From positions 11,232,698-11,296,697 of the forward strand of contig OZ037765.1 of NCBI GenBank assembly GCA_964035545.1: a stretch of DNA of 64,000 bases, in the 5' to 3' direction. This DNA comes from Bugula neritina. Lineage: Eukaryota; Animalia; Bryozoa. Both the position numbers and the translations under genes were made by a program. The notes under the pieces were generated by a model. The model made no database searches, was not told the DNA's origin, and saw only the letters and a list, made by a program, of their open reading frames with translations. This document shows, in pieces, positions 1-13,015 of the stretch (its first letter is position 1; each line of letters starts with the position of its first letter).

Positions 1-193
1 AGCAATTCTATTTTGCTAGTCATAAGATATTCTAATAAGTTCAAAGGACAGCTATGGAAAAATTTTGATGGGACAAATCAATTTAAGGTTTACAGATATA
101 AGATGATCAGTTTAAAGATCACTGCCATAAAAGGCAATTAATTTGGGCTATTTCTGTATATACCAGCTTCCTATTGTGTAATGAGCTGAAAAT

Positions 194-274
194 TTGTGTG
201 TGTGTTGTGTGTGTTGTGTGTGTGTTGTGTGTGTGTTGTGTGTGTGTGTGTGTGGTGTGTGTGTGGTGTGTGTG

Positions 275-326
<52 letters not shown>

Positions 327-373
327 TGTGGTGCTTGTGTGTGTGTTGTGTGTGTGGTGTGTGTTGTGTGTGT
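194..373. repeat. Interrupted (GT)n microsatellite in a DHRS4 intron
   Basis: Direct: gtgtgt runs interrupted by extra t or g. It explains the Cys/Val ORFs at 174-490. Confidence 0.95.
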
Positions 374-796
374 GGGGTATGCGTTTCGTACCAGCTCCTA
401 TTTACACCAATAGCACTTGTCTCAACTCTAGCTGTACCAGCATATCATGAGCATTATTTGAAAATCAGCTCTCTAGTTTTGTTTGTATAGAAAAACAAGA
501 AAATAAAACTGCTACCTGCACATTATTCAGCAGTAGTAAAACCAGTAAAGTCACAGTTCAAAGAAACATACCGTCAAGTTCAAATCATTGGAAAGCATAA
601 AAGAATACATTTCAGTATTGACAAAACACTTTAAATACAGCTTAATGAGTTAACCCCTGAAAAAATTGCTGAGGTTAATTAAATACTAAGCTTAGTTTCA
701 AATTTACTTGGTCAACTATAATATTTCGTGAAAATATGAAGAGTATGTATTATATAGAAATAAAAAATAGTGAGTCAAATTACGAGTACTACCTAC

Positions 797-3700
797 CATT
801 GCAGCAAACTTGGTTTTTATAACACCAGGAGCAATAGCATTTACTCTGATATTTTCAGGTGCCAGTGCATTAGACATTGCTCTGGTTAACCCCAGCAATG
901 CTGTCTTCGTTACTGAATATGATCCAATGACCTACAACGCCAATGAAGATTACTGAAAAATGACCCATCAAATTTCAAAGAATATAAAAGAAATTATGTA
1001 AAGCAGCCAATTATTTGCAATGCAAATAAAGTGCAAACTGTATGTTATCTGAAATAAAATGCAGTTGGTATATAATAGCCTTAATATAACCTGATTATAA
1101 GTTAAAAAATTTTCACACAAGGTAGCTGGAGAGCTAATTATTCGCAAAACAATGGTTGGGATAAATAGATACAACAGATGTCATTTAAATATTTTATGAA
1201 GCAATAGCCTAAAGTAATCTTTCATCAGTAACAAGTTTTCCGATTGAGTTTCAATTTACTTCATTAAAGTTTTTTGGGAAATTTTTTTTCTGGTTGGCAT
1301 AAAAAAGTTTTTAATTTAATAGGACTTTCAAAGTGGGAATTGTCTTTCTTTTGACATACAAAATTGTTATGCTTGGCACAGATGGTGCCTGTTTTTCACA
1401 ATATCCTTGCAAGTTTCTAGACACGCTGCACAACAAAACACACTCAAATCAATAGGCAATCAATCATATTGGTAGTGTTGGTAAATTTATTTTCAAGACA
1501 AAGCTGACTTCGCAGTGCAATAAGTGACTCTTGAAAATAGATGCTGAAAGCAAAACTAAATTTTCAAATCACAAATTTTAGTTTTACTGAAAAATTTACC
1601 TTTGACTCCTTAGAGCTTCAAAATTTTAGAAATTATAACAATGTTGCAATATAAATTATAATAATTTAGCCAACATGACATCCAAAAAAGTATAATTTGG
1701 TATATTTAACCATTTCAAAAAGTTTTAAAATTTCAGTATAAAAAGGATAGAATCTATTCTGATTTATTTTCTTTTAAAATGATGAAAAGACAAATGTCAA
1801 GGTAAAGGTTCAAGAACATTCAGCTGAAATCATAAAGTTTCACCTCCCCCCCTCTCGAACCTGTGCATAAAGATGAAAAGCTCTCCACCACAAATGTGAC
1901 CTGAGCTAAGAATTATACAAAGTATTTTTTGCAACTTTTATATGACTAGAAAGTGAATATGAAGTAAATTAACATCAGAACAATTCAGAGAATTCTTTTT
2001 CAAAAAGTAGTATTTCATTAATTACTGTGTACAACAACATTGCTTTAAAAACAAAAATGTCTTTTATTTGCTACTTCTCCCGAAGTACATAGCAAACAAG
2101 GTTTTACCCAATAAAATCTTAAGGTGGCCTGGATTTAAATAGGAATTGGTAGTCCATAGAAGAATAAAATATTTCAAATGAAAAAATAAGTTATCAAACC
2201 CTAGATTTAACTGTCATTAATTGTAGTTTAAAATAAATGAAAAAAATAAAAATCACTACCCCAATACAGTTTTTTTCACAAATATTGCATTTCCTGCTGT
2301 AAAATAAACATTCTAGTTTATTGCTAAATTCTCTCAATGATGTCCTTAAAAACACTATTGATGATACAGAGTTAACTAACTTATCCCATGGCTTGCTGAA
2401 AATAATAATAATAAATAAAGTAGATGCATTCCAATACTAATTTGCTCAAAATTTAAAAACTTTCTAATCATTCAATTTTTTTCAGAAACGTTTAGTCAAG
2501 TTAAGCTAAAGAAACAATTTAGGCAAGATCGACTGAGTAATTTCAAGTACTCTAATAAAAATGCTTATTATAGAACAGATTTTACAAAAAAAGACGAAAA
2601 AAATCTTCAACTGCATAAAACATGGGGCCTTAACCGAAATATATAAATTTTTTTTACAGTTGTTACCATTGAAATTGTATTGGATCCTCATAATCTTTAG
2701 TCTTCTGACATAGGATTTATTGCTATAGATGTTTTTTGTAGTTTAAGATGTAGCCAGCATATATCTGAGTAGTTTTAGAAAATTTTTAAAAATCAAATTT
2801 TCTTTCAATTTGCTACTTGTAGGTGTTTAGAATGATAACAATAGTATCCATGCCATTAAGCCAATATATGCAAAAGTTGTGCTCTTTTTAAATACAGCAT
2901 GCAAATAATTGGTTGAATTCCCAAATATGTATATCTGCAACTACCAGCAAATTTACAAATAGGACAAACATTAAATGGAAATATAATTAATATGAATAAT
3001 ATGTCGTACTTACTGGAAATGGAGTATAAGCTCCAATAGAAGACACAAAGACTATTGAGCCACCACTAAAACAAACAAATACCTAGTAGTATAACTTTTT
3101 AAAAATTTAGAGCATACCAACAATTCAAAGTAATGAAAATAGGCCAACAAGAAAACTTTTAGAAAAAGATATTTTTGAAAATATATGGTAAAACTAATAT
3201 AACAAAAATCTATCAAAGTGGTTAATTGCAACAAAGTTTGTATTATAAAGTTTTCAAAAAATTGTTTTTGTGCATTTAACATATAGACCAGCATATTAAA
3301 TGTAGTAATTTATTTAAAAAAAATAAATAATGCATTTTTTTTATAAAATTCTCGAAAATACTATATTTTAATAGCTGTTTACGCAGCATTGCTTCAGCTT
3401 CTTTTTCCATAATTTTTTACCCCATAATATATCAACTTGAAAATAATATGTAGCTTTGGTTACCCATAAATCATTAAGAAGAGAAGACAACTCCTACTAA
3501 ATCAAAAGATTAAAAAGAAACAAGTTATTTATTCAATTGTTCTATTGAAATCGTGTACAGTTGCAGCACATAAAGCACATGCACTTCAAAGCAAAAAGTT
3601 AAACGGATGCCAGTTTTACAAATTTACAATATCCCAATTGCCTCAATAGTTGTAAAAGTAGATGAACAATTATAAACAGTTGAAAGCCAACTAATTAAAA

Positions 3701-6700
3701 TCTATAAATAACAATAATTAATAATAATATGTAAATAAGGAAATACCACTAATCTAAACATACTTCTGAAATAGAAAAGATTATTTCTGTTGAATACATG
3801 TAAGTGTATTGATATATCTAATAAATGTAAGTTTATGTTGAATGTACACAGAAAATGTGGTATAGTATGTAGAAGTATAAAAATGTAGTCTATACATGTG
3901 AGTTTTCAGCTTACCCTCTTTTTCGCATGTGTGGTAAAATTTCCTTAGCAAGCATGAATCCAGCTTTCACATTTGTATCCCACAGCTATGAAATAGAACA
4001 TACAATATAAAGTTATCCTTTTGCATTGCCAATAAGACAATTACAGTTGTAGTATTGAGATTAACCAGTAGTCCCCGTGGTGTAATGGTTAGCACAGTCG
4101 GGTTCAATTCCCAGTGGGGGTAAAATTATTTTACAACAGTAATCTTCAATCCTTATTTTTATTCTACCAAAAGCAGTTCTATAAGACACTATAGATGCAA
4201 GTAATTTCATACATTACTGGCAAAGGAAGAACATATGATCACATTTAGAATAATAACCATGTGCATTTTAAAATGAGTTGTCCAATTGCAAAGCAGACAC
4301 TGGCTTAGCAACGTAGAGTGCACTGAACTCAAATCCATCTGTCTATTTCTTATATTTATATCAATTCTTGATTTTGGTGGCAAAAGAGAATTAATAAATT
4401 AGCATAAAAAATTAGATATTGAATTTTTGTTCATGGACAAACCTTAAACCTGCTCCAAGAGAGTATACCCAAAAATAATGCCTGCGATAGAAATATTATG
4501 TAATAGGACAAAATTACAAACATAATATTATTAACATTATTTACCTTATCCCATCCTGCTTCTGATATCTAGAAAAATTACAATAAGCATATCTTAACAA
4601 TTACAAATTTTGTAAAAGAACAGAACAAAAACTTCATTAGTCACTGTTTATACTAGTAGACAATTGAGTACATATTTATATAAAAGCCTATATGACTATT
4701 CTAACAAAAAAATATGGGTCATTTTACTTAATTTAGTACACACTGGATATCTTCAGTTTTTAGCTATTTTTCACAATTTAACTGCTAGTAGACATGGTTT
4801 TTTTGGCCAAAACTAGTAAAACACCAATAAATACACCTAAATAATCAAAGTTCTTTTTAATTTTGCTTCATTTCCTATGTTTTTCCTAATTATTCAGCTA
4901 CTTTAGGGTGCGGACCGTTACGGTTTTTTCGTAACGGTCCGCACTCCTAATAAGCTAAATATATAAGAAAAAACATGGGAAATCAAGCAAAATTAAGAAG
5001 AGCCTTAATTATTTCGGTATATTTATTGGTGTGTTATTAGTTTCGGGCAAAAAGCCATGTTCATTACCAGCTAAATTGTGAAAAATAATTAAAAAATGAA
5101 GATTTCAGTGTGTACTAAATTAAGTAAAATGACCCATATATGAATTGCAAAAAAATTTGCAACAATAAATAGAGGGCAGTTTTAAATTCAACTAATTTGA
5201 GAAATAACTGAAGTATATTACCTCCATCATAGGCCCAAAGTGGGGACTGCAAGCAACATTAGAAACAAATATGTCAATGCCTCCATACTCCTCAACAGCC
5301 TACAATAAGCAATAATATCAGGTCTTATGAGCCTTAGAATGTCACATTTTATAAAGTTTTACTTAATTGATGCAATGAAAATATTTTCTATATATAATAA
5401 CTAAATGCTGAATGAATTACCATTCATTCAATTCTCAACGCAAAACACCTTTTTAATGGCATATGTGTTTTATCAATAATTATTTATATTATTTATATTA
5501 TATATAAATTTGTTCACCTTTTGAACGAGACTTTTTCTGTGCTCATCTTTAGAGACATGACAAACCATCCCAGAGATGGAAAGGTTCTGTGATTTTAATT
5601 CAGCTACAGCATCGTCGACCTTTTGCTGGTTCCGACTACTAATAACAACTTGTGCTCCATCTTGACCAAGTCGGCGAGCAATATCAAACCCAATACTAAA
5701 AGACAAACAAGCTTAGTTTGCTATATAATATATATTATTACTAAATAACATATTGCTCATCATTCGAATATAATGTGTGAATGCTCTCTTTTCTTACAAT
5801 ATCACTATACACGTGCTAAAAATATTAACTAAGCAAAATTAGGTGGGCATGTATATAGTGACCTAAATAATGATAAAATTAGACCATTTGCTAAATATAT
5901 AAACAAGTAGTTTGCAGTTTTGATACCAGAAAACAAAAGTCTAATAAGACATAAAGCAAAGAACAATGTTTGCTTGATGAAAAGTAAAAATAATTTGTAT
6001 AATTGATGGCAGTTTTAATTCTATGTTATCTTTCTATTATAGTTTTCATAATTAAATACATATAACTAGTATTGTACATTAATATAAAAATTGCATATAG
6101 AAAATTTGCAAATATTAAGTTTTATTTAGGTAATATCATTGATAATTATTATTATAGTAATGTTAATTCTGTTCTAGACTTTAATAGTTAGAGCATTGGC
6201 TTGAAAATTAGTTTGAATGCCAGTAAACACCATTGGTGATGTTAGGAAGGGCATTCAGTTATAATTGATCTTATGCCAACATAGTGAAAAAGTCCTTAGC
6301 CTGCTTAAAAAGCCTTTTTCATCAGGGGTTCTGACAAAGATGGCAATTAAAAAATTTGTTAGTGAGTTTTTTTTATAGTAACTTGAATTCTAGTAAACTA
6401 CAGGTACAGAATGTCAAGCTGGGAGTAAAAACATAAACATAAACATGACCTATAAATATTAATTTTAACCATACTGTTCCAATAACATTCATGCAGTTTG
6501 TTTAAAGCACCAAAATTGTTGGTTGTGAGTTTTTTCAGCAAGATTATATAGAATATGTTTGTTCACCAAAATGCTCCCAACTAGTGTCCCCAACAACAAC
6601 ACTAATAAGACTTCCCGTACTTTATCTGTCTGACTTATTATTTGATGTCAACAGCTATATATCCCTATTATTTATATGTGAACCATAATCAGGATGCATT

Positions 6701-7332
6701 TATGATTGGGAAAACAATTTTTTAATTTTGCACAATAAGGAAAAACACAGAATTGCTTAGGTGAACTTGAGGAAAATAATATGTTATTAGTTTTAATCCT
6801 AAACTGAGCAAAATCTTCTTTAAATAGATTCACTTATCTTAATAGAAATTGCTACTAAAACTGAATTCAACTAGATTCAAAGGTTTAAAATATTAATATT
6901 TTTTATTGGGTGAGTTATTTAGTACTTGAATACTCTCATTATTCTATATTGCTTGCAATTTTTAGTTGAATTTTTTTCACACATATTTCTAAATAATGCA
7001 AAATAAGTTAATTAATTGGCTGAAATTAAACATAATTGCTCAAACTCAACTGAAGATCAATAGAAAAAAAACTCAGTCAGACTATAAGAACAAATTTTCA
7101 ACTTAGTTTGCATTTACCATTATTTTGTATTAGTATTAGTATTACTATTATTATAATACCCTTCAGTAGATCCTGTTACAATTGCCACTTTTCCATGAAG
7201 TCGACCAGTAGACATAGCCATAGGGATTGTTAATCTGGCACTTTTAACTTTGCGTTGGATTAAGAATGGGTTAAATCTTTCCAATTTTAAATTACTGGCT
7301 AACCGCATACGTGTTAGATTAGAGATCTGCAT
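797..7332 (-). CDS. DHRS4: Dehydrogenase/reductase SDR family member 4-like, 3'-incomplete
   Basis: Exons 7160-7332 (alternative ATG 7221), 5518-5695, 5222-5299, 4545-4568 (24-nt micro-exon ISEAGWDK), 3915-3985, 3014-3065 and 797-931, all GT-AG and in frame. SDR motifs TGSTEGIG, VSN, VSS, YSVTK and IRVNAIAPG. No last exon(s) found in 1-796. Probable non-coding first exon ends near 7942. Confidence 0.9.
2123..2855. mobile_element. Possible old TTAA-flanked non-autonomous DNA element
   Basis: ttaa|ggtggcctggat ... atccatgcca|ttaa: short imperfect terminal inverted repeats between two TTAA sites. Confidence 0.3.
4064..4135 (+). mobile_element. tRNA-like SINE fragment (family 1)
   Basis: A-box-like gtggtgtaatgg and B-box-like ggttcaattccc with an internal deletion. 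Related copy at about 16021-16108. Confidence 0.6.
4715..5136. mobile_element. Fold-back MITE with TA target duplication (Tc1/mariner-type by TSD)
   Basis: ta|tgggtcattttacttaatttagtacacactg ... cagtgtgtactaaattaagtaaaatgaccca|ta. The arms are complementary along the whole length, with a central perfect 15-bp stem. Confidence 0.9.
6180..6350 (+). mobile_element. tRNA-derived SINE (family 2), degraded
   Basis: Shares ccattggtgatgttaggaag(g/a)gcat(t/c)cagt and downstream body with the copy at 26730-26931. Confidence 0.7.
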
Positions 7333-7574
7333 TGAAACCTCAGCTTTAGAATTTGAACTGTACAGCTTCCAGAAAGATAAGATAACGAATATCTGCAAGA
7401 TAAAGTTTACATACAGAACTTTCAAAATAAATATATTTATTTATAAGCCATAAGCTATACTTATACAAATGTGAAATAACTACATTTAATCTTAGAGTTT
7501 GCAGTACAAGTTGCAGATGATTTTTAACCTAAAAGTAAATATGAGCATAAAAATTAAATATAATAAACACTCAA

Positions 7575-7860
7575 ATTATACTTATAGCTTTTATATTAGT
7601 ATTACTATTAGATTATTATGAATACGCATTACAAATATCAATACGATATTTGAAAAGTGATTGCATCACATTGATATAAATGCAAATATGGGTATCAATA
7701 TCAATCATTAATAAATATAATTCAATTGAATTTGAATATGCTTTTGCATTAGCAGTGTATTATATTTATTAGTTTAGTAACATAAAATTAAATCATAATC
7801 ATAATAATAATATTAATTTATAATTATAATCATAATGATAATTATAACGATATTATCATA
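7575..7860. repeat. Promoter-flanking degenerate 3/6-bp periodic tract (DHRS4 side)
   Basis: attagtattactatta, aatatcaatacgatat, aatcataatcataataataa. Confidence 0.6.
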
Positions 7861-8330
7861 GATGCAAGCGAAAACCACCAAGCTCAAAAGCAAAATGAGA
7901 CACGGTACTAGTAGAACAAGCGACTGGTGAGAGTAACATACTTATTACTTATTAGCTATTGAGCTTCAACTTCAAGTTGTTATTTCTATTTATCAAGCTC
8001 CGTAATCTTTTTTGTCCTAGTCTTGCGGGGACAAAATACTTAAGCCTCGCCCACTGAATAGCAATAGCTCACAAAATGCAGGCAATTAATATACTGTGAA
8101 AAGCGATTTACTAATAAAAGAATAAATGCTTTTCTATGTCTATGCGTGCTAAAAATATAGTGTTGCTATAAAGTTTGAACAGATAATATGTACTGAGTGA
8201 GTGAGAGTGCCGACGATGGTAAACGTTCTTCTATTTGTAATAATATTTTATAAACGACTGTGTATCGGACTAATCTCATTCAGAGACTAGCGGCCAAGGT
8301 GTATCAGTTCATCTCGAGAAAATAAGAAGT
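7860..8330. promoter_or_regulatory. Inferred bidirectional promoter of DHRS4/BUD31
   Basis: Local CpG cluster in otherwise CpG-poor DNA, between divergent genes. Candidate 5'-UTR donors on both strands. Confidence 0.65.
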
Positions 8331-8449
8331 AAATAGCTGATGTAAATTATTTTAGTTGACATATTGATATTGTTTTACTTTTTAGTAGTTTCATTTAGCT
8401 TTAAAAATATTTTAATAAATAGTTTATAATTATTATATTTACATTATCT

Positions 8450-9980
8450 CCATGCCTAAGGGCTAAGGCCTAGGGTAATCACTCTTACTCTTACTCTAAC
8501 TCTTAGTCTTAGTCTTACTCTTGCCTCTTGGTCTAAGTCTAGCGTTTAACTTAAAGTTAAACTGTATTACTATCAGTATGGCTCAAAGTCAATGAGTCAA
8601 TAACAATGAGTGTCGCTGACACTATCAGTATGACTATGACTATGAGTAGCACTATGACTATCAGTCTCATGATTGTAATCATGACCATAATTGATATTGA
8701 TTAGACTAAGACTAACTCTAACTTTAAGTTTAAGACTTGGTCACTTGCAGTTACTGTAACTGTTAGTGTTACAGTTAGTAAGTTACAGTTAGAGTTAGTG
8801 TTACTCTTACTGCTTAGTCTTACACTTCTAGTGACACTAACAGTTACACTTACACTTACTGCCTCACAGTTATTGTTAGTGTTACTGTTATTGTTACTGT
8901 TTGAGTTTGAGTTCGAGTCACTGTTTGTGTTACTGTGCTACTGTTAGTCATACTCACAGTCATCATGAGATCATCAACTTCTAATGACCATAATCATGTA
9001 GTTGTACTTGTATTTAAAGCTGTATAATATTAAATTTATTTCAATAATTGTAACTTTGAGTTTGTTATTTATTTGCCATATACAATTACATATCATTATT
9101 CATTGTGATTGTATCAGTATGAGTATGACTATGACATCGAGTTTAACTTATAGTTATTGAATAATTGACTATTACTATGAGTATGACTCTGAGCATTGAA
9201 TCTGCACTGTAGCATAATGATAATCACTTCATAATCATATTCATATAGTTAATCCAATTTAATATTTACAATTATTTTGATATTCTGTATAATATTAACT
9301 GTAAGCATAACTATTGGTATTACTATGAGTCATAGTAATAATTATATAAACATAGTTAAACTTGAAGTTATAACTTCGTCCTACTCTTATTTCTTATACA
9401 ATAGTAAAGAATACTGATACTCATATTATGAGTGCGAGTATGACTATTAGTATTCTATGGGTATTACTAATAGTATGAGTATTCTTCATTATTGTATAAC
9501 TATAAGACAATTATAAGAGTAAGATGAAGTTATAACTCTAAGTTTAAAACTAATATTATAACATAAAAGTTGAACTTGTACTTAGAGTTATACTCATACT
9601 GTTGTATTTGAGGTTCTAAGCATAACTATAAGTATAAGTATAAGTTTATTTTTTAAATTTAAAAGGCTCTACTACATTTACTACCAGTTCTAAAGTTTTA
9701 AGCAGTAAAAGCTAAAGCTAAAAATAGTGAGTTGATAACTAAATTAAAATAAACAAATAATATTATCGTTATGAGTTTCATGACTTCAGACAATCTACAT
9801 CATGTTATTTATTACATTCTTATTAACAATTTTAACTCATGGTTTATTAATTTTTATCATCCCTAAGCTAATAAATAATGGTCTGTAATAGTCTGTAATG
9901 ATTTAATCTATTTTCATATCTATGATAACTTATTAAATGATCATGATGATTATAATGGTGGGTTATGATTAAAACTTAAA
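8450..9980. repeat. Promoter-flanking degenerate 3/6-bp periodic tract (BUD31 first intron)
   Basis: actctt actctt actcta actctt agtctt agtctt; actatc agtatg actatg actatg agtagc; actgta actgtt agtgtt acagtt. Confidence 0.9.
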
Positions 9981-11316
9981 GTTAAGTCAAGTTTTAATAT
10001 TTATGCAATATATTTTTATCCAATAAGCTATTCTTCAAATATGTTATTTATAGCTTCTCTCAACTCCGTTTTGTTTTTATATTAAGGATATACTTTTGCC
10101 TAGTAGTTGGTAGTTAAATATTGAAATTTTCTCAATCTATTCATCAAAAAAGTACGTGCACTGTAAAATTAGGTTTTAGAATTCAAAGAAGGCAAACTAG
10201 TTTTAAGGAAGGTATTATTTATATAAAAATAACATGACAATGATGTTTTTAACATGTTTTGTCCTCGTATATGTCTTGCACATAATCAGTTTTACAGTAC
10301 ATATGCTAGGTTGCTCAAATGTTTAGTAAAGCTTGGTGTGGGTCACTAAAAATTATCAAGTAATAGCTAAATATCTCATTATTGAATATATAAAAAATAA
10401 TCCATAACTCCAGTGTTTTACTATTTACATAACAAATAATATAATTATTTTTAGGTTTTGCTGATAGAGCATAACAGTGCCCTTTATATAAATATTAAGT
10501 GATACCACTTAAATTGCAATTTATCTGCACAAAATAGCATTTGAACAGCAAGAAATACCTTGAATGTGATGCTATAACTAAAATGATTTCAGAGGAAATT
10601 TCGACCTTTTGGTATTGGCACGACATTTTCTTACCTACATAATTAAATTAAACTGTGTAATAATTTTTTTAAAAAAGTGCTAGGCATCACAAAATCTTCA
10701 ATTATCTAACATTATTTTTCAAATTTGCTTTAAATTTGCAATAAATTTGCTATTTTATAGTTTTGTTTTCATTATACTATAAATAGTTTGCAACATATTA
10801 TTAATGGCATAGTAGTAGTAGTTTATATTGTAATTAGTCAAGTTGGGCAATTATGGTTCGTAAGAGCATTAACACTCAATAGGTTATGCTCTCATATGTC
10901 CTCTCATTGCATGAATCGTATAATTATGGTAAAATACTCTATTTCTGGTAATATTAGACCATGTACTTGCTAATATTCTTGAGAATGCATACAGCCATAA
11001 AACCTGCCTAACGTAGAAGTTAGGTGATTGTAATGATGTTTGTGCATTTAGACTGCATGTAAATAAGCTTACAATCACTGCAGTAAAAGTTCTTTTTTTA
11101 CAAAATTAAGATTAGGCTCAGGTTTACACCAACTATCTTGTAGTCAAAGTCATTGTAAACTTCAAAGTAAACAGCAACTAAATATTGTTTACAGTTATAA
11201 ATACAGCAATGATTTAACTCATGTTGAAAATGTACCTGTTTTCATTAGCCCTAAGATAACAACATATATAATTTGTAAGTTTTTAGGAAACAATTACAAC
11301 GTTTATAGTCGGTAAA

Positions 11317-12796
11317 ATGCCTAAAGTAAAGAGAAGCAGAAAACCTCCACCTGACGGCTGGGAACTTATTGAACCTACTATTGATGAGTTAGATGGGAAA
11401 ATGAAAGAGGGTATGAGCAACGCATTATTCAAATAGATGAAATAGAAGTTGCAATTTTAAGACATAATGTGTTAGTTTAAATTTGTTGAAATGTAATAGA
11501 AATATGGTTGCAGTTAGATATTGGCATTTCATTTGTTTCAATTTTGTGTTTGAAGCTAAAGGTTAAAATGGGACAACATTATTGAGACCCCTTATTGGTT
11601 GCCGACACATGTCTAACATTAGTCAAATTTGCTGAGTGGAATGGTTTTTTACTGTTCTATTCACCCCTTATTTCTGTGTATCCAATCATGGATACTTTGG
11701 AGCATAGTTTTTGTCTATCATTTGCTTATTTTGGCAGTTTTTTGTTATTGCGGGGTAGGTCAATCATGTCCAGATATGAAGTTATTTAAGATCAGCTAAT
11801 TTTTTTCTAGCTTTTACACAATTTTTTATAACACTGGGCCTCTTTTCTTTTGTCTCTATTTTCTCTAAAATAACTTTACTTTTTAGTTTTTGCAAATTCA
11901 TCATGACAAAGCATTCACAATTCTTTTTAGCTACAAATGCGTTGAGATTAAGAAATTTCTCATAATTTGCATGTAGATACACTATATATTGATGGATATT
12001 TTACAATCACTTTCTAGGTTACATTTTACCTATAGCACACAGTTTATTTAGCAAGATTTTTATTCAGACGTTATGAAGACACCTTATATTTTTTACCAAG
12101 TGGATTGTACCCAGTTATAATATTTTATTTACAGCGGAAACAGACCCCCATGAAGGAAAACGTAAAGTTGAAGCATTATGGCCAATATTCAGAATCCACC
12201 ATCAAAAATCTCGTTACATATTTGATCTCTTTTACCGAAGAAAGGCAATAAGCAGAGGTAAAATCCGCTCAAGCAATATTCAACTATGTATGTTTTATCA
12301 AACTTCTTATTTCCTTCAAGTTGCTTTTTGTTTGCAGAATTATATGATTACTGCCTCAAGGAGAAAATAGCTGATGCAAATCTTATTGCAAAGTGGAAGA
12401 AGCAAGGATACGAAAATTTGTGTTGTCTTCGGTGTATTCAAACAAGAGATACAAATTTTGGAACTAATTGCATTTGCAGAGTACCCAAAGGCAAATTAGA
12501 AGAGGTATTGCTACTCATTGCTATCTAGTGGTCAACACCTTACAGTTGTTACCAGTACAGCAAGTTTTGTTATTACAAAGGAGCTCAACTTCTACTTGCA
12601 TCTAAAAGAAAACTATCAATATTTTTTGCAAATTATTTAACATAGTTAATATTTGGACACAAACCATGTTACTAGCACTTTTTTGAATATGTGAAAAAGT
12701 TAAGTTAATTTAAATCTATCAATGCATTTCTATAATGTATTTTAGGGTAAAATTGTTGAATGCATACACTGTGGATGTAGAGGCTGCTCTGGATGA
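11317..12796 (+). CDS. BUD31: Pre-mRNA splicing factor BUD31 (G10), 144 aa
   Basis: Exons 11317-11410, 12135-12257, 12338-12504 and 12746-12796 (435 nt). [20 protein letters not shown]...[27 protein letters not shown]...[11 protein letters not shown]. Confidence 0.98.
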
Positions 12797-13015
12797 AAAT
12801 TGATGTTTCCAGGATTGCTGAGAAAGCTGGCACCATTTATCAGTGCCTTAGTTGGAGGTTTTTATGTGACAATATCATAGCAAGTTGACTTGTACATTTT
12901 TGTAAAGCTTATTTTACTATTACATTCATGTATATATTCACACAAACTTAATTATAATAAAACAATGTGTTATACAAAATGGATGAAAAACACAGATCTA
13001 AAGCAAATGTTAAAT

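Noticed and set aside
174-490. Cys/Val-rich ORFs resembling metallothionein
   Set aside because: Translations of the GT microsatellite inside a DHRS4 intron.
4064-4135. tRNA gene
   Set aside because: The anticodon arm is missing, no cloverleaf forms, and a diverged relative exists at 16021; it is SINE-like.
8450-9980. Periodic tracts as coding repeats, telomeric repeats or CRISPR arrays
   Set aside because: Frequent stops, no fixed unit or strand bias, no repeat-spacer structure, and a eukaryotic intronic context.
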